Positions 47,375 through 58,200 of a DNA stretch of 64,000 bases are shown in pieces (position 1 is the first letter of the stretch; each line of letters starts with the position of its first letter). The notes under the pieces were generated by a model. The model was not told where the DNA came from, did not search any database, and saw only the letters and a list, made by a program, of their open reading frames with translations. The translations under genes and the position numbers were made by a program. The DNA comes from an uncultured Ohtaekwangia sp. (GTDB lineage Bacteria; Bacteroidota; Bacteroidia; Cytophagales; Cyclobacteriaceae). The stretch is from NCBI GenBank assembly GCA_964655635.1, contig CAZZNH010000011.1:39645-103644 (forward strand), written 5' to 3'.

Positions 47375-50212
47375 CTAATTCTGAACCCTGATAAAATACT
47401 CTGCCCTGACTGGCTCATTCTTGTCTGTTACTCCCTCTACCACTACCCGATAAGTTGTTTCAAGGTCGGCTGCGTAGAAGGAAACAGACGCTTTGCCGGT
47501 TTCATGGTCCGTAACAACGTTGGGGTTCCAGTAAAGCGTGGAGCGGTAGTCGCCAATTGATTTATCAGTTTTTGGATCATTATGATACGGCATCCTGAAG
47601 CTTCGTGGTTTATAAAATCCTGGAATCGTAAGGGATTGAAAATTTGGATCGACCGGTTTGCCTTCTACCTCTGCCCCGGTTTTGGTATAAATGGCGAGCA
47701 CACCGCCTGCCCCCAGCGAGCCCTGATTAGAATTCAATCTGGTGGTCAATTCAATTCGTGAAATCGTATTGGGATCAATGGCACCAAGTGTAACGGCCGC
47801 ATCACCCCCCATCGCTACATTATTAATAGTTATTAACGGTGGTGGCGGGTTTGTCATTGAGGATGACCGCGCACGTTCAGTATATATTACCCATTTGGGA
47901 CCTTCGATAGGGTCATTGGTCTCTCTTACGACTAGTCCGGGTAACTGGCCGTTCAAGGTCATTAGTAGATTGCCGTACGTTGTATTCAACTTATCTGCTT
48001 CAAGCACATAATCTGGTCTGCCATAGGACTCCACATACCTTTGAATTGCTTGTTCATCGATCCTCGTATCCCTTATCTCCACTGTTTCCAGTATCCTCGC
48101 ATCTTTTGGAACTTCATAGTCGGAGATGATGCGTTGTGGAGACTTTACATCTTCGGTTTTTAAACTGATTGTGAAATCAACCTCACTGCCGATAGGTACA
48201 CTTGAGTTGATCAACTCGACCTTGCCATATTTTGCTTTCTTCGCCTTCTCCGATTTGAAAAACAGGTTGATGCTATCATAGGCTTGCAGACCTGACATGG
48301 AAAAATATCCCAGTGAATCGGATTGGGTAAAGTACAAGGCATAAGGGTCAAATTGCATCACATTAAGCAAGGTTTGTTCTGGTTTACCTTTGTCGTTGTA
48401 AAATCGTCCTTTCACCGTGACTCCAAATTCCAATGGCAGCAGATCATCATTTGCAACAACAGATTGATCTCTAACATTAAAATCAGCGGTTATATTTTGC
48501 GTTTCTTCAATAGTAACAACCTGAGACAAGTCTGTTACCGAAATAGAAAGTCGCGATCCAATGGGGTCACCTTCCCGAGTGGTCACTATTAGGTTCAACG
48601 TAATCTCATCACGGGTGCGGTAAACATCCTTCTCGGTGACTACGGTGAGTTGTTCAGATTCCATCTTTTTATCACTCCCTGAGGTCGGATCAACTTTATC
48701 CATCAGGTTCAACAGGGCAAAACCTTTCACAAACATTCCATCTGCAAAATTTCTACTCCAGTTTGTGTAAGCCCTTAAATAATAAGTACCCGCCCGCAGT
48801 TTATCGTCCAGGATAAAATCCCCATTGGTCATGCCATCATCAATCATCAGGGTTTTGGATTGAATAATTTTCTTGTCTGGCCCAATCAGGTCAACGTATA
48901 AAACCTTGCTCATCGAATCCCGGAGTATGGGATCAGCATGATTGAGATACGCTTTAAACCAAAGAGGCTCCCCCTGATAGTAATAGGGTTTGTCGGTTTG
49001 AACATAAACTTTTTCCGCAAAGCGCTCCATTGAAACAGGCTCAGGTTCAGGGAGTTTGATTTTACCCCGTTCATAGTCCTGAGGTAATAGATAAGAAACC
49101 CGTTGATCGCTCATTGCCCCTGCTGTTACTACATCCGTTGGGTGTAGCGGAAAACCTTCTGCGTTTACCAATATCTCATCAACGGCAAGGGTAATCCAAC
49201 TCACTTCGTAGCCCATATCCCTATATACCCTGGGAGTCGATCGTTCATTGTGATTGTGTACTTCAATGCGACCTGGCATCCGTACCTTAAAAATATCCTG
49301 ATTTAAAACAGGTGTTACCATTTTGGAAGTGTCATAAAACATCAGTGCATCAGCCATTGCTTCAGAAAAAATCTGTGATCGTGCCGTAGCGTTCTCCAGT
49401 CCTGGGCGTTCTGTATACAAATAAAATTTTTCGCCTTTGATGCGTCTGGAAATAATGGCTTTCATTAAGTGCTGCACCGAGCCGACATAGGCCTTCTCCC
49501 TGTTTTGCATCCAGTTTTTTATCCTTACATCATCTATTATTGGCATTTGCTCAAACCGCACTTTGCCATCGATCAAATACCCCTGAGCACTTTTCCAAAA
49601 GTCAGTGAGGTAAAAATATAATTTATAGCCCAGGGCGTTATTCTCAATCTCCAAAGGCGCACTGGCATGGGCGGTTAATTGCTTGCCCTTGACTTTATCT
49701 GAAAAATCAATCACCCATGGGTTTACTATTTTACAATTGCTGGCAATCTCATCGTCACCTAAAAATACTTTCTCAAATTTCTTGAGCTGTTTCTCCCATG
49801 TTTTGTCGCGGCTCACCTTTACTTCTACTTCCGATAGCTGTTGTTCACCGGGTGCTAATCTGACCACACCAATGTCATTGTCACCTTCCTTCAATCGCAG
49901 GTTTATTTTTCCCAATTGATAGCCCACAAAGGAGAATAAGAGCTCTTCACTCTCAATAGGAACATTTCGCAATAGAAAATTGCCATCCACATCGGTTGCA
50001 GTTCCAATGGTCGTTCTATCAATGAAGACATTGGCAAATGGAAGGCCCTGACCGGTCTCTGCATCCAGCACTCTCCCCTTCACCGAAACATCTTGGCCGA
50101 ATAGCGTAGGTGCCAGCCCCGCGAAAAAGACTAGAATTAGCCATAATGCGGTATTTCGAGTCGGTAGGATTCCGTGAACCCGAGGGTGCCGCTGATAATT
50201 GCCTGAGCCCAT
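47375..50212 (-). CDS. Large secreted protein: carboxypeptidase-regulatory-like domain, MG2 (alpha-2-macroglobulin-like) region and Plug-like region without a beta-barrel
   Basis: 945 aa. The CarboxypepD_reg region is GRVLDAETGQGLPFANVFIDRTTIGTATDVDGNFLLRNV. The MG2-like region is YVQTDKPYYYQGEPLWFKAYL...GTYYLRAYTNW. The Plug-like region is LNGQLPGLVV...IDPNTISRIEL...GAGGVLAIYTK. Confidence 0.7.
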   Translation of the reverse strand: MGSGNYQRHPRVHGILPTRNTALWLILVFFAGLAPTLFGQDVSVKGRVLDAETGQGLPFANVFIDRTTIGTATDVDGNFLLRNVPIESEELLFSFVGYQLGKINLRLKEGDNDIGVVRLAPGEQQLSEVEVKVSRDKTWEKQLKKFEKVFLGDDEIASNCKIVNPWVIDFSDKVKGKQLTAHASAPLEIENNALGYKLYFYLTDFWKSAQGYLIDGKVRFEQMPIIDDVRIKNWMQNREKAYVGSVQHLMKAIISRRIKGEKFYLYTERPGLENATARSQIFSEAMADALMFYDTSKMVTPVLNQDIFKVRMPGRIEVHNHNERSTPRVYRDMGYEVSWITLAVDEILVNAEGFPLHPTDVVTAGAMSDQRVSYLLPQDYERGKIKLPEPEPVSMERFAEKVYVQTDKPYYYQGEPLWFKAYLNHADPILRDSMSKVLYVDLIGPDKKIIQSKTLMIDDGMTNGDFILDDKLRAGTYYLRAYTNWSRNFADGMFVKGFALLNLMDKVDPTSGSDKKMESEQLTVVTEKDVYRTRDEITLNLIVTTREGDPIGSRLSISVTDLSQVVTIEETQNITADFNVRDQSVVANDDLLPLEFGVTVKGRFYNDKGKPEQTLLNVMQFDPYALYFTQSDSLGYFSMSGLQAYDSINLFFKSEKAKKAKYGKVELINSSVPIGSEVDFTISLKTEDVKSPQRIISDYEVPKDARILETVEIRDTRIDEQAIQRYVESYGRPDYVLEADKLNTTYGNLLMTLNGQLPGLVVRETNDPIEGPKWVIYTERARSSSMTNPPPPLITINNVAMGGDAAVTLGAIDPNTISRIELTTRLNSNQGSLGAGGVLAIYTKTGAEVEGKPVDPNFQSLTIPGFYKPRSFRMPYHNDPKTDKSIGDYRSTLYWNPNVVTDHETGKASVSFYAADLETTYRVVVEGVTDKNEPVRAEYFIRVQN

Positions 50213-50321
50213 AAATAAGTTTTCCTTAAAATAGCCATAATTCAGGAAATTCTAAATTCGGATTTGGGCTAAATATTACATGACCCGAAAGGAAGCATTG
50301 TCGGATAAATACCTACTGTGC

Positions 50322-50373
50322 AAAAAAAACAGCAGGCTAAGTTCAAACTTTCAAGCCTGAACTTAACCTGCTG
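50322..50373 (-). terminator. Rho-independent terminator after the DUF4382 gene
   Basis: On the minus strand the sequence reads CAGCAGGTTAAGTTCA-ggcttgaaagt-TGAACTTAGCCTGCTG followed by TTTTTTTT. The ~16-bp stem has one mismatch and starts 16 nt after the stop. Confidence 0.85.
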
Positions 50374-50388
50374 CAATGGGTAACTAGT

Positions 50389-51156
50389 TTACTGCAGGAT
50401 GTTAATTTGTCCCAAATCAGTAACTGCACCGATTGAAACGCTCACATCGCTCTTTTGCACGGGCACGTATCCTGCTTTGGGCTCGAAGCTCACTGTGTAC
50501 GATCCAGACGGCAATCCGCGAAGTAAAAATTTTCCGGTCTCGGAAGCATTTGCCGTGGCCAACGTGTCATTTCCTATGATTGCAAACACAGCCGGACTGG
50601 CTTCCACGGGGTCTATTGTGCCCTTGATGGCTCCACTTTCAGAATTCACGATGGTGCGAATTACCGGCTTCAACTTATACTTGTTGTTGCCTGTCTTTAG
50701 CACCGATTGTGCAGCATCAAAATCCAACAATATCACGTACTTGATACCTTCAACAAGATCAGCCTGAACATTCAACTTCAAACCGGATTGCTGACCACTC
50801 GGGGTATCCAGGTCCAGTTCCTCACCACCAACCCTCACGCTGTTATTCTCCCCTAACAACAGCCTGACCTGCGAAATCCTGCCAGCCGGGAATTCTCCGG
50901 TTCCCAACAGGGTGTCCAGACCATTGGTGAGCTTGAGCAAATCGTAGACGCCCTTTTGCACGTCAAGCGACCTCCACCCGGACTCATCATTGCCCTCACT
51001 TGCGTGAACTTCTACGCCCTGGATATCCACGTTTACCTCTTCATAGTCTCCAGGTGCATCCGTCAGCCTAACCTCCAGATAGGCCGTTTTAAGATCATCC
51101 GTATTACAAGCCAACAGCATTACAGACATTACAGCAATTCCAAACCAAATTTTCAT
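50389..51156 (-). CDS. DUF4382-like lipoprotein
   Basis: About 255 aa from the ATG at 51156. The lipobox-like N-terminus is MKIWFGIAVMSVMLLAC. It continues LEVRLTDAPGDYEEVNVDIQGVEV and has a C-terminal CarboxypepD_reg-like beta-sandwich (GKFLLRGLPSGSYTVSF). Confidence 0.65.
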   Translation of the reverse strand: MKIWFGIAVMSVMLLACNTDDLKTAYLEVRLTDAPGDYEEVNVDIQGVEVHASEGNDESGWRSLDVQKGVYDLLKLTNGLDTLLGTGEFPAGRISQVRLLLGENNSVRVGGEELDLDTPSGQQSGLKLNVQADLVEGIKYVILLDFDAAQSVLKTGNNKYKLKPVIRTIVNSESGAIKGTIDPVEASPAVFAIIGNDTLATANASETGKFLLRGLPSGSYTVSFEPKAGYVPVQKSDVSVSIGAVTDLGQINILQ

Positions 51157-51292
51157 TTCTTCACGTTTTTTTAATGTATAATTTAAGATTATTGTTAGAG
51201 GCACCTATAGACGCCACTTAGACTCGCAAGCCCCGCCCAAGTTTAATCAAGTCACTCAAAAATCGATCCTGGCTATTGAATGCTCTCACGCC

Positions 51293-51317
51293 AGAAAAGC
51301 AATGCATTTTCAATGCA
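51293..51317 (-). terminator. Weak candidate terminator after porP/sprF-like gene
   Basis: On the minus strand a 6-bp stem TGCATT-gaa-AATGCA is followed by TTGCTTTTCT. The stem is short, so confidence is low. Confidence 0.3.
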
Positions 51318-51364
51318 CCTGTCAAAATTGGTTCTACCGCTGTGGAATTTTATCCACACCCGGT

Positions 51365-52285
51365 TTACCAATAAGACGGACAAGGAAGTCCCTGATGCCA
51401 ACGGGTAATCTTGATACGGTAATTCACCATGATTTCGTGCGAGCCATTTGAAAACTGATTGAGTGCCGATGTGGTGAAATCATAGGCATAACCGACATGG
51501 AAATTGTCGTTGATCTGGAGCTCAAACAGACCCACAATTCCCTCATTCAGTCTGTAGGATATACCCAGCCCGACAGACTCCTGAAATATGAAAGTGGTGT
51601 TCACATCAAAGCTAATAGGAGCCTCTTCCTGGATTCTGATCAAAGTTGAAGGAACAAATTTCACATTATGCCGCAGGTTTTTGCTAAATCCGCTGATTAT
51701 GTAATAATACCTGAGTTGCCTGGATAGACTACCGTTTCCTTCCAGATCGAAAACACTTTGGTTGATTATCTGGGGAACCGAAAATCCAAAATAAAATTGT
51801 TTCTGGTGATAAAACGCGCCTCCTCCAACATTGGGATTGAACTTGGTAAGCGCCCCGCTGAGGTTGGGATCATTTAAGTTTTTTAGATTTAGTTTGGTGT
51901 AGTCACTTCGGATATTGTTAAATCCTCCCTGGAGCCCCATCGACAACGTACCTGTTCTGGAAAGTTTTATCTTATACGAGTAAACGCCATAAAATGAGAG
52001 GTCGTTGTGAATACCAATCTGATCATTGGCGATTATAAATCCCAAGCCCATTTTCGTCTTTAGGAATCCGGAGTGGGCAGTGGCGGTAAGTGTTTTGGGA
52101 GCTCCCGGCAAATTAACCCATTGGTTTCGATAAATAGCAGTGGCACTTAATTGAACCTGTGTACCGGCATAGGCTGGATTGACCAGCAATGGATCAAACA
52201 TGTATAAAGACTGAACCGGGCGCTGTTGCCCATGTGCGCCTGCCAAGGTTATGAGTATGGTCAATATGGTGGCGCAAATTCTCAT
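51365..52285 (-). CDS. Type IX secretion system membrane protein, PorP/SprF family
   Basis: 306 aa with a signal peptide. It has QSLYMFDPLLVNPAYAG and a beta-barrel pattern. The start overlaps the stop of the giant adhesin gene as ATGA at 52282-52285. Confidence 0.88.
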   Translation of the reverse strand: MRICATILTILITLAGAHGQQRPVQSLYMFDPLLVNPAYAGTQVQLSATAIYRNQWVNLPGAPKTLTATAHSGFLKTKMGLGFIIANDQIGIHNDLSFYGVYSYKIKLSRTGTLSMGLQGGFNNIRSDYTKLNLKNLNDPNLSGALTKFNPNVGGGAFYHQKQFYFGFSVPQIINQSVFDLEGNGSLSRQLRYYYIISGFSKNLRHNVKFVPSTLIRIQEEAPISFDVNTTFIFQESVGLGISYRLNEGIVGLFELQINDNFHVGYAYDFTTSALNQFSNGSHEIMVNYRIKITRWHQGLPCPSYW

Positions 52286-55200
52286 CGGTCTAATTCAAGA
52301 TATCCTGCCACAGGCTTCGAACCGTCCCGTTTATCAATCACATAGAAGTAGGTACCCACCGGCAATTCCTTTCCCTGAAGATACAGACCGTTTATTCCCA
52401 TTCCAATAAAAGCAATATCACCATTGTTATACCCATCTGCCTCATATACCTTAATTCCGTTTCTGTTAAATATCTTCACATTGTTATTTGGGAATAGAGA
52501 AATACAATCGACAATGAAGGCATCATTCTGTCCATCGCTGTTGTTAGACACTCCATTGTATGGACTGATTTCAGTTTTTACTTCTGCTACACCCTCATTG
52601 GAACAACCTTCGAAGGTAATCGCATTCGCCCGATAAAAGCCTGGGAATAACTCGTATAGCGCTGTTCCGTCTCCAACTGGCTGATTTGTTGAGGTGTCCA
52701 CCCACGTCACATTCTCCAGTGCGATGTTATTGTCATCGTTGTTGGTGAGGGTCAGTAAAACTGATCCGTTTCCTTTTGGCCTTCCTGTGTCCATGCAAAA
52801 TGAAGGCGTGGTCTCGATGACAAACTGGGGAATCAGTCGCTCATCCAGCACCGGAGTTGTGGCCGGAGGTGAAACGCATCGGGTAACAATATCAGTTGCG
52901 GTGACGGTGTAGCTGCCCACATCAAGGTCGGTGTATCTTACGCCACTAAAGTCTGCCGATGACGACACCGCCGTACCATCATACCAGTTGAAAATGTAAT
53001 CAATAATATTGTCGCCAACCGATGCGGTGACGATACCGTTCGGCACAAGGCAATTGGTCCTGTTCTTCTCGGTCAATGCCTGGGGTACGGGTGGCGTAAC
53101 CGTGTTATCTTCAATGACTCCCGCCAGGTCGTCAAAACAACCGGTCAGTTTGTTTGTAACTCGCACCACATAGTCGCCCGCCCCCTGGGCGATCAGTTTA
53201 TTTATTGCACTCAATACCGCTTGAGGCGGTGTAGCCACTGCTGTGCCGGCATGCCAGGAGAAAGTGTACCCTCCAACTTTTCCACCATCTGCGGTAGCAG
53301 AAAGCTGGCCATTGGCAATTGCAGGATCACAATTGGTAAGGGGATTGTCCTGTTTGATCACCACCTCGGGAGGAACCCTTTGATCCAATACTTCCTGTGT
53401 GGCCACGGCAAAGCAACCCGTGTTGTTGTCCGTGATCCGGACGGTATAAAAACCTTCGGCCAAAGAACCCTCAGTAAAATTAGTTGCAAATCCCGGCACG
53501 TTGGCCATGTTCGGAACACTTGGCGGCCCGCCAAGATTCGGTGTACTTCCGTTAAATAAATCAGCTGTGAAATTTAATGGGAATGGATATTGTAGGCTGA
53601 TGTCAATTACACGCGCCAATACCAAACCGTCCTGTCCTACACACAATGTCCTACCCTGTCCCCCTAATGAAATAACGGGAGTAAACTGAGGTGCCTCATC
53701 TGGCACAATGTACAATGCCTGAGAACTACATCCGGTACTCACCCTCAATACATCAACCGAATAATTTCCGGCTCCCTGGCCGATGATGGTAGATGTATTG
53801 GCAAATGAGGCGCCTGTTGCGTCAAGGGTCGGGTACCAGGCAAACTGATAATCGAGGTTCGCGTCTGTCTGTCCATCGGCAGTGGAAGCCAACGCTGCGG
53901 TACCTGTGGCTGCCATACAACTAATTTGTCTCGCAGTCTGCACGATATTGACAGCAGGATAAATAATCTGATCGTCATCGATCACTACTTCTTTTGGTCC
54001 TGATTCACATAGGGTTGTTGCATCCTGCACGGTCACATAATACGTACCCGGCAGCCTTCCAACGATATTATGGTTTACCTCTCCGATCAGTTGACTTCCC
54101 AAATTGCCCTGGAACCATTTGTAGTCAAAATTGAGGTCAAGGTCATCGGGCGGGTCGTTAAAGAAGGTGATGCCACCTATCCCTACCCGCGTAACCGTTG
54201 CGCTGCCGCTGGCCAGGCAATCCAACGGATCTATCGTATTGGCATCAATGATGTTTGGCAGGCTGATGTTCAAATTCTTTTCTACGGCCAGGCTAGAAGT
54301 AAACTGACAGCCAGTAGCAGATGTATTTTGAATTACCAGCACATAATTACCATCTGAAGCATTATCCAGTTGATTGGAATTGTTCGTACTGGTGATCGTG
54401 GTAAAAGGAGGAAGCGCCCCGCTGTTCAGTGTCCAGGTAAATGAATAGTTATCCCCATTGGCACCACTTTGCTCGGCTGCATTGGCAATCACCATTCCGT
54501 TGGGATTCACAGGATCGCAACTTGAATTGGGTACATAAGTAAACTGAATTCTTGGGTCAAGATGGGTATCCAGGATATCGACCCTGAAAGGTGGCGTAAC
54601 ACAACCGGAACCAGGAGCGATTCCCGGGTTCTTGGTGGCCACAACGAAATAGGTATCTGCGCCAATAGACGGGTAATTAACCACATCTAATGTTGGCGTC
54701 ACAATTACAGCGGCCCCTCCGTCAACCAGTGCGGCACTGTTCGGATCATTCCTGAACCACTGATAACTATAATTTCCTACTACTCCGGAGTTAAGCGAGT
54801 TTACAGCAATGCTTCCATCAGGAAAGCAAATGGCCTGGTCAGTCTTATTGACTGTCAAAATATCAAGCGGCTGAGGCGTAGAAATCATCGTGATCGTTCC
54901 CGATGCAAAACATTGCGTGATACGATTCGTAACCTGTACAGTGAAATCTCCGGGACCGACAATGTCGGCACCAAAGGTTGAATAAGGACTGGGAACATCT
55001 GTCGCGTTGGCAACGGTCGATCCGATGGGAACCGCAGTCCACAAAAGGTCATAATTCGAACCCACACCTGGACCTACTGTTGTTGATGCATTTACCGTTA
55101 TCTGACCATCAAAGTTATTATCGCAAGATGTACTCGAAATGCTATTGAACGTAATGGCCGGATCAACACTGATGTCTTTTATCTCAACCCGCAAAGGAGC

Positions 55201-58200
55201 AGATTCGCAACCTGAACCCGGGGTCACGCCATTAAGTCTCCTTGCCTTAACAAAGTAGGTCCCCACACCGATTGTCGCGAAATCTGTAATATCCAAAAAA
55301 TCATTATTTACTCCCGTGGCAATAGCAGGATTTCCTGCGCTGTCTTTGAACCAGGTGAAATCAAAATTGTTGTGGTTGGCATCCACCACACCATTCACGG
55401 TGATGTCGTTGACCAGTATGGCACCATCGGGTGTACAAAGCTGCTGATCTGTCGGTGTAGCATTGGCGACTACAATAGGAGTCAGGCTTTTGACAATCGT
55501 TGTAGTGGCGGAAGCAAAGCAACTGGTCACATTGTTGGTCGCTGTCAGGATGTAGTCGCCATCTTCGAGGTTGGTGAAAACTTCATTCCCAACAGCAGCA
55601 GGATCGCCAGCCGGAGTGGTGGTTGAAGTGGATGTCCACGCGTAGACGTAGGTGGCACCGGCACCGGGTGTTCCCGCCTGAGTGGTGGTCGTGGTATTTA
55701 TTCTGCCTTCAAAACCGGTGTCACAAGCGGTGTTAAAAAATGGTGTTAGGCTCACGACAGGATCAACACTAACGTCTTCAATTTCAACCCGTAGTGGAGC
55801 AGACTCACATCCCGAACCGGGATTTATTCCATTCAACCTCCTCGCCTTCACGTAATAGGTGCCTACCCCAATGGTAGCGAAGTCGACAATATCCAACAGA
55901 TCGTTGTTTACCCCAGTCGCAATGGATGGATTTCCAGGACTGTCTTTATACCAGGTGAAATCAAAATTATTATGATTCACATCGATCACCCCATTTACCG
56001 TAATATCATTTACCAGAATGCTTCCGTCCGGTGAGCATAATTCCTGATCGGTCGGTGTTGCACTTGCCACAACAATCGGTGTCAAACTTTTAATGATTGT
56101 GGCGGTCGCTGACGCAAAGCAACTGGTCACGTTATTCGTTGCCGTCAGCATATAATCACCATCTTCAAGGTTAATAAAAAATTCATTCCCCACTGCAGCA
56201 GGGTTGGCCACCGGTGTGGTGGTGGAGGTTGAGGTCCACGAGTACTGGTAAGTGGCACCTGCCCCTGGCGTACCCGCCTGGGTGGTCGTAGTCGTATTGA
56301 TGCGTCCTTCAAATCCGGTGTCGCAAGCTGTGTTGAAAAATGGAGTCAGGCTGACAACAGGGTCCACGGAGGTATCATCAATGGTCACCTTGGTGGGCGC
56401 GGAAGCACACCCTGAACCCGGATCTGTGTTTGGTCTCCTGATAGCAATCACATAATAATCGTCTCTGCCAATCGTCAGGTAATTGGTGTTGTCAATCTGG
56501 TCAACGATAATCGTGGCTGCTCCGCCATCCACCAATGCAGGCGTGTTTGGCGCTGCCCTAAACCAGTTGAAATTAAAATTAGCAGTTCCTCCATCCGACA
56601 CTCCATTTAGAAAAACATCGGTTACTCTGGCAGTTCCATGTGGTGTGCAAAGTTCCTGAGGCAACGAGGTGACACTCATCGTGAAAACGGGCGGGCTCAC
56701 CTTAAGAATGGTGGTGGAAACCATGGTCGCACAACCGGTAACTTCGTTGGTGGCAGTCAACGTATAATTGCCATCCTGCAGGTTATTCGGAGTGCTATTG
56801 GCGACACCGGATTGGCCTACGGTATTTGGTGGAGGTGCAACGGACGAAGTCCAGGTGTAGGCATACGTTCCGCCATTTCCCGGACTTAAATCGGGCGGGC
56901 CAAACACAATGGGTGTTACCGCGTCAACTACAATTGATCCTTCGAAATTACCATCACAGGCGGTATTGGAAAAAGGAGTCAATGTCGCTTGTGGGTTTAC
57001 GTGGTGATCAACGAGATCAACCTTAAGCGGTGAACTGAAGCAACCAATTCCGCCAGTGCCACTCGCATCCGCGGTCTTGGTAACCCTGATCCAATATGAA
57101 CCGGCAGTTACTGTTCCGGCAGGAACGGTTCCCGATCCGGCAGGGACGTTGTTGATAAATTCATCGCCACCCGCAATGGCGGCAGGATTTCCCTGGGCTG
57201 CTGCGAATACGTTGGTTAAAAGCCCAATATCGGTGAACCAATCAAATTGGTAGTCGGCAATATTCTCAACACCTCCGCCCACCAGCCTGATGTCATTGAC
57301 GACAACGCGAGCAGACTGCTCCAACAAAGGGTTGCAATATTCCGCATCGCGAATCACAACGTCATTGCTAACCAATTCTGCGGTGGTGGGCTGATCAGGC
57401 ACGGAAATAAACCGCTGGCTCGAGCAATTATTGGACGAAGTAACCGTAATGGTGTATTGCGCCACGTTCGTGTCAGGCTGTAATCCAGTGATCACGGGAT
57501 TGGCAAATGGCAAAGCGCCCAGGGCGGGGTTAAATACTTCGGTTCCCGCGAGCGGCCCAAGGCCCAGCGTGTAAGTTGAACCAACCGTGTTATCATTCGG
57601 ATCCTTGGCAATCATTATTTCAACGGACCCATCGGCCGCCAGGGCCGTGTTGCAGGCCGTGTTGGGTGTGACTGTGCCAACAATATCCAGTAATGGTGGC
57701 AGGGCATCGCGCTGGATTTCAATTACTTCGTAAACCTTACAAAGCGCTCCAGAGATATTTTCCTGTACTTCTATGGTATAAAATCCGGGCGCCAGGCGAG
57801 ATCTCTCCACCCTGTTTGTACAATCTGGATCAGCGCCATCGATCAGGCCGTCACCATCATCATCAATCCCATTGTTGCAGATTTCCGTAGAGGGTGGATA
57901 ATTAAAAGGGTTAGTACAATCGGGGTCAGCGCCATCGATCAAGCCATCACCGTCATCATCAATTCCATTCGCGCACAGTTCTACCGGTGCCGGGGCCCCG
58001 GGCGGTGTCAAAAGATTAGCCGGATTAGCTACGCCTCCTGCATAAAAACTATAAGTAAACTGCGTCTGGTTTGCACCCAGGTTGGTAGGCGGTGGAATAG
58101 TCCTTACCGAAATTGATCCGTCCCCAATCGTGTAAGGACATATTTGCGAGTTCAAAACAAGCGCGTCAATATCGTGTGCATCCTGAAATGGCAGGAAAAA

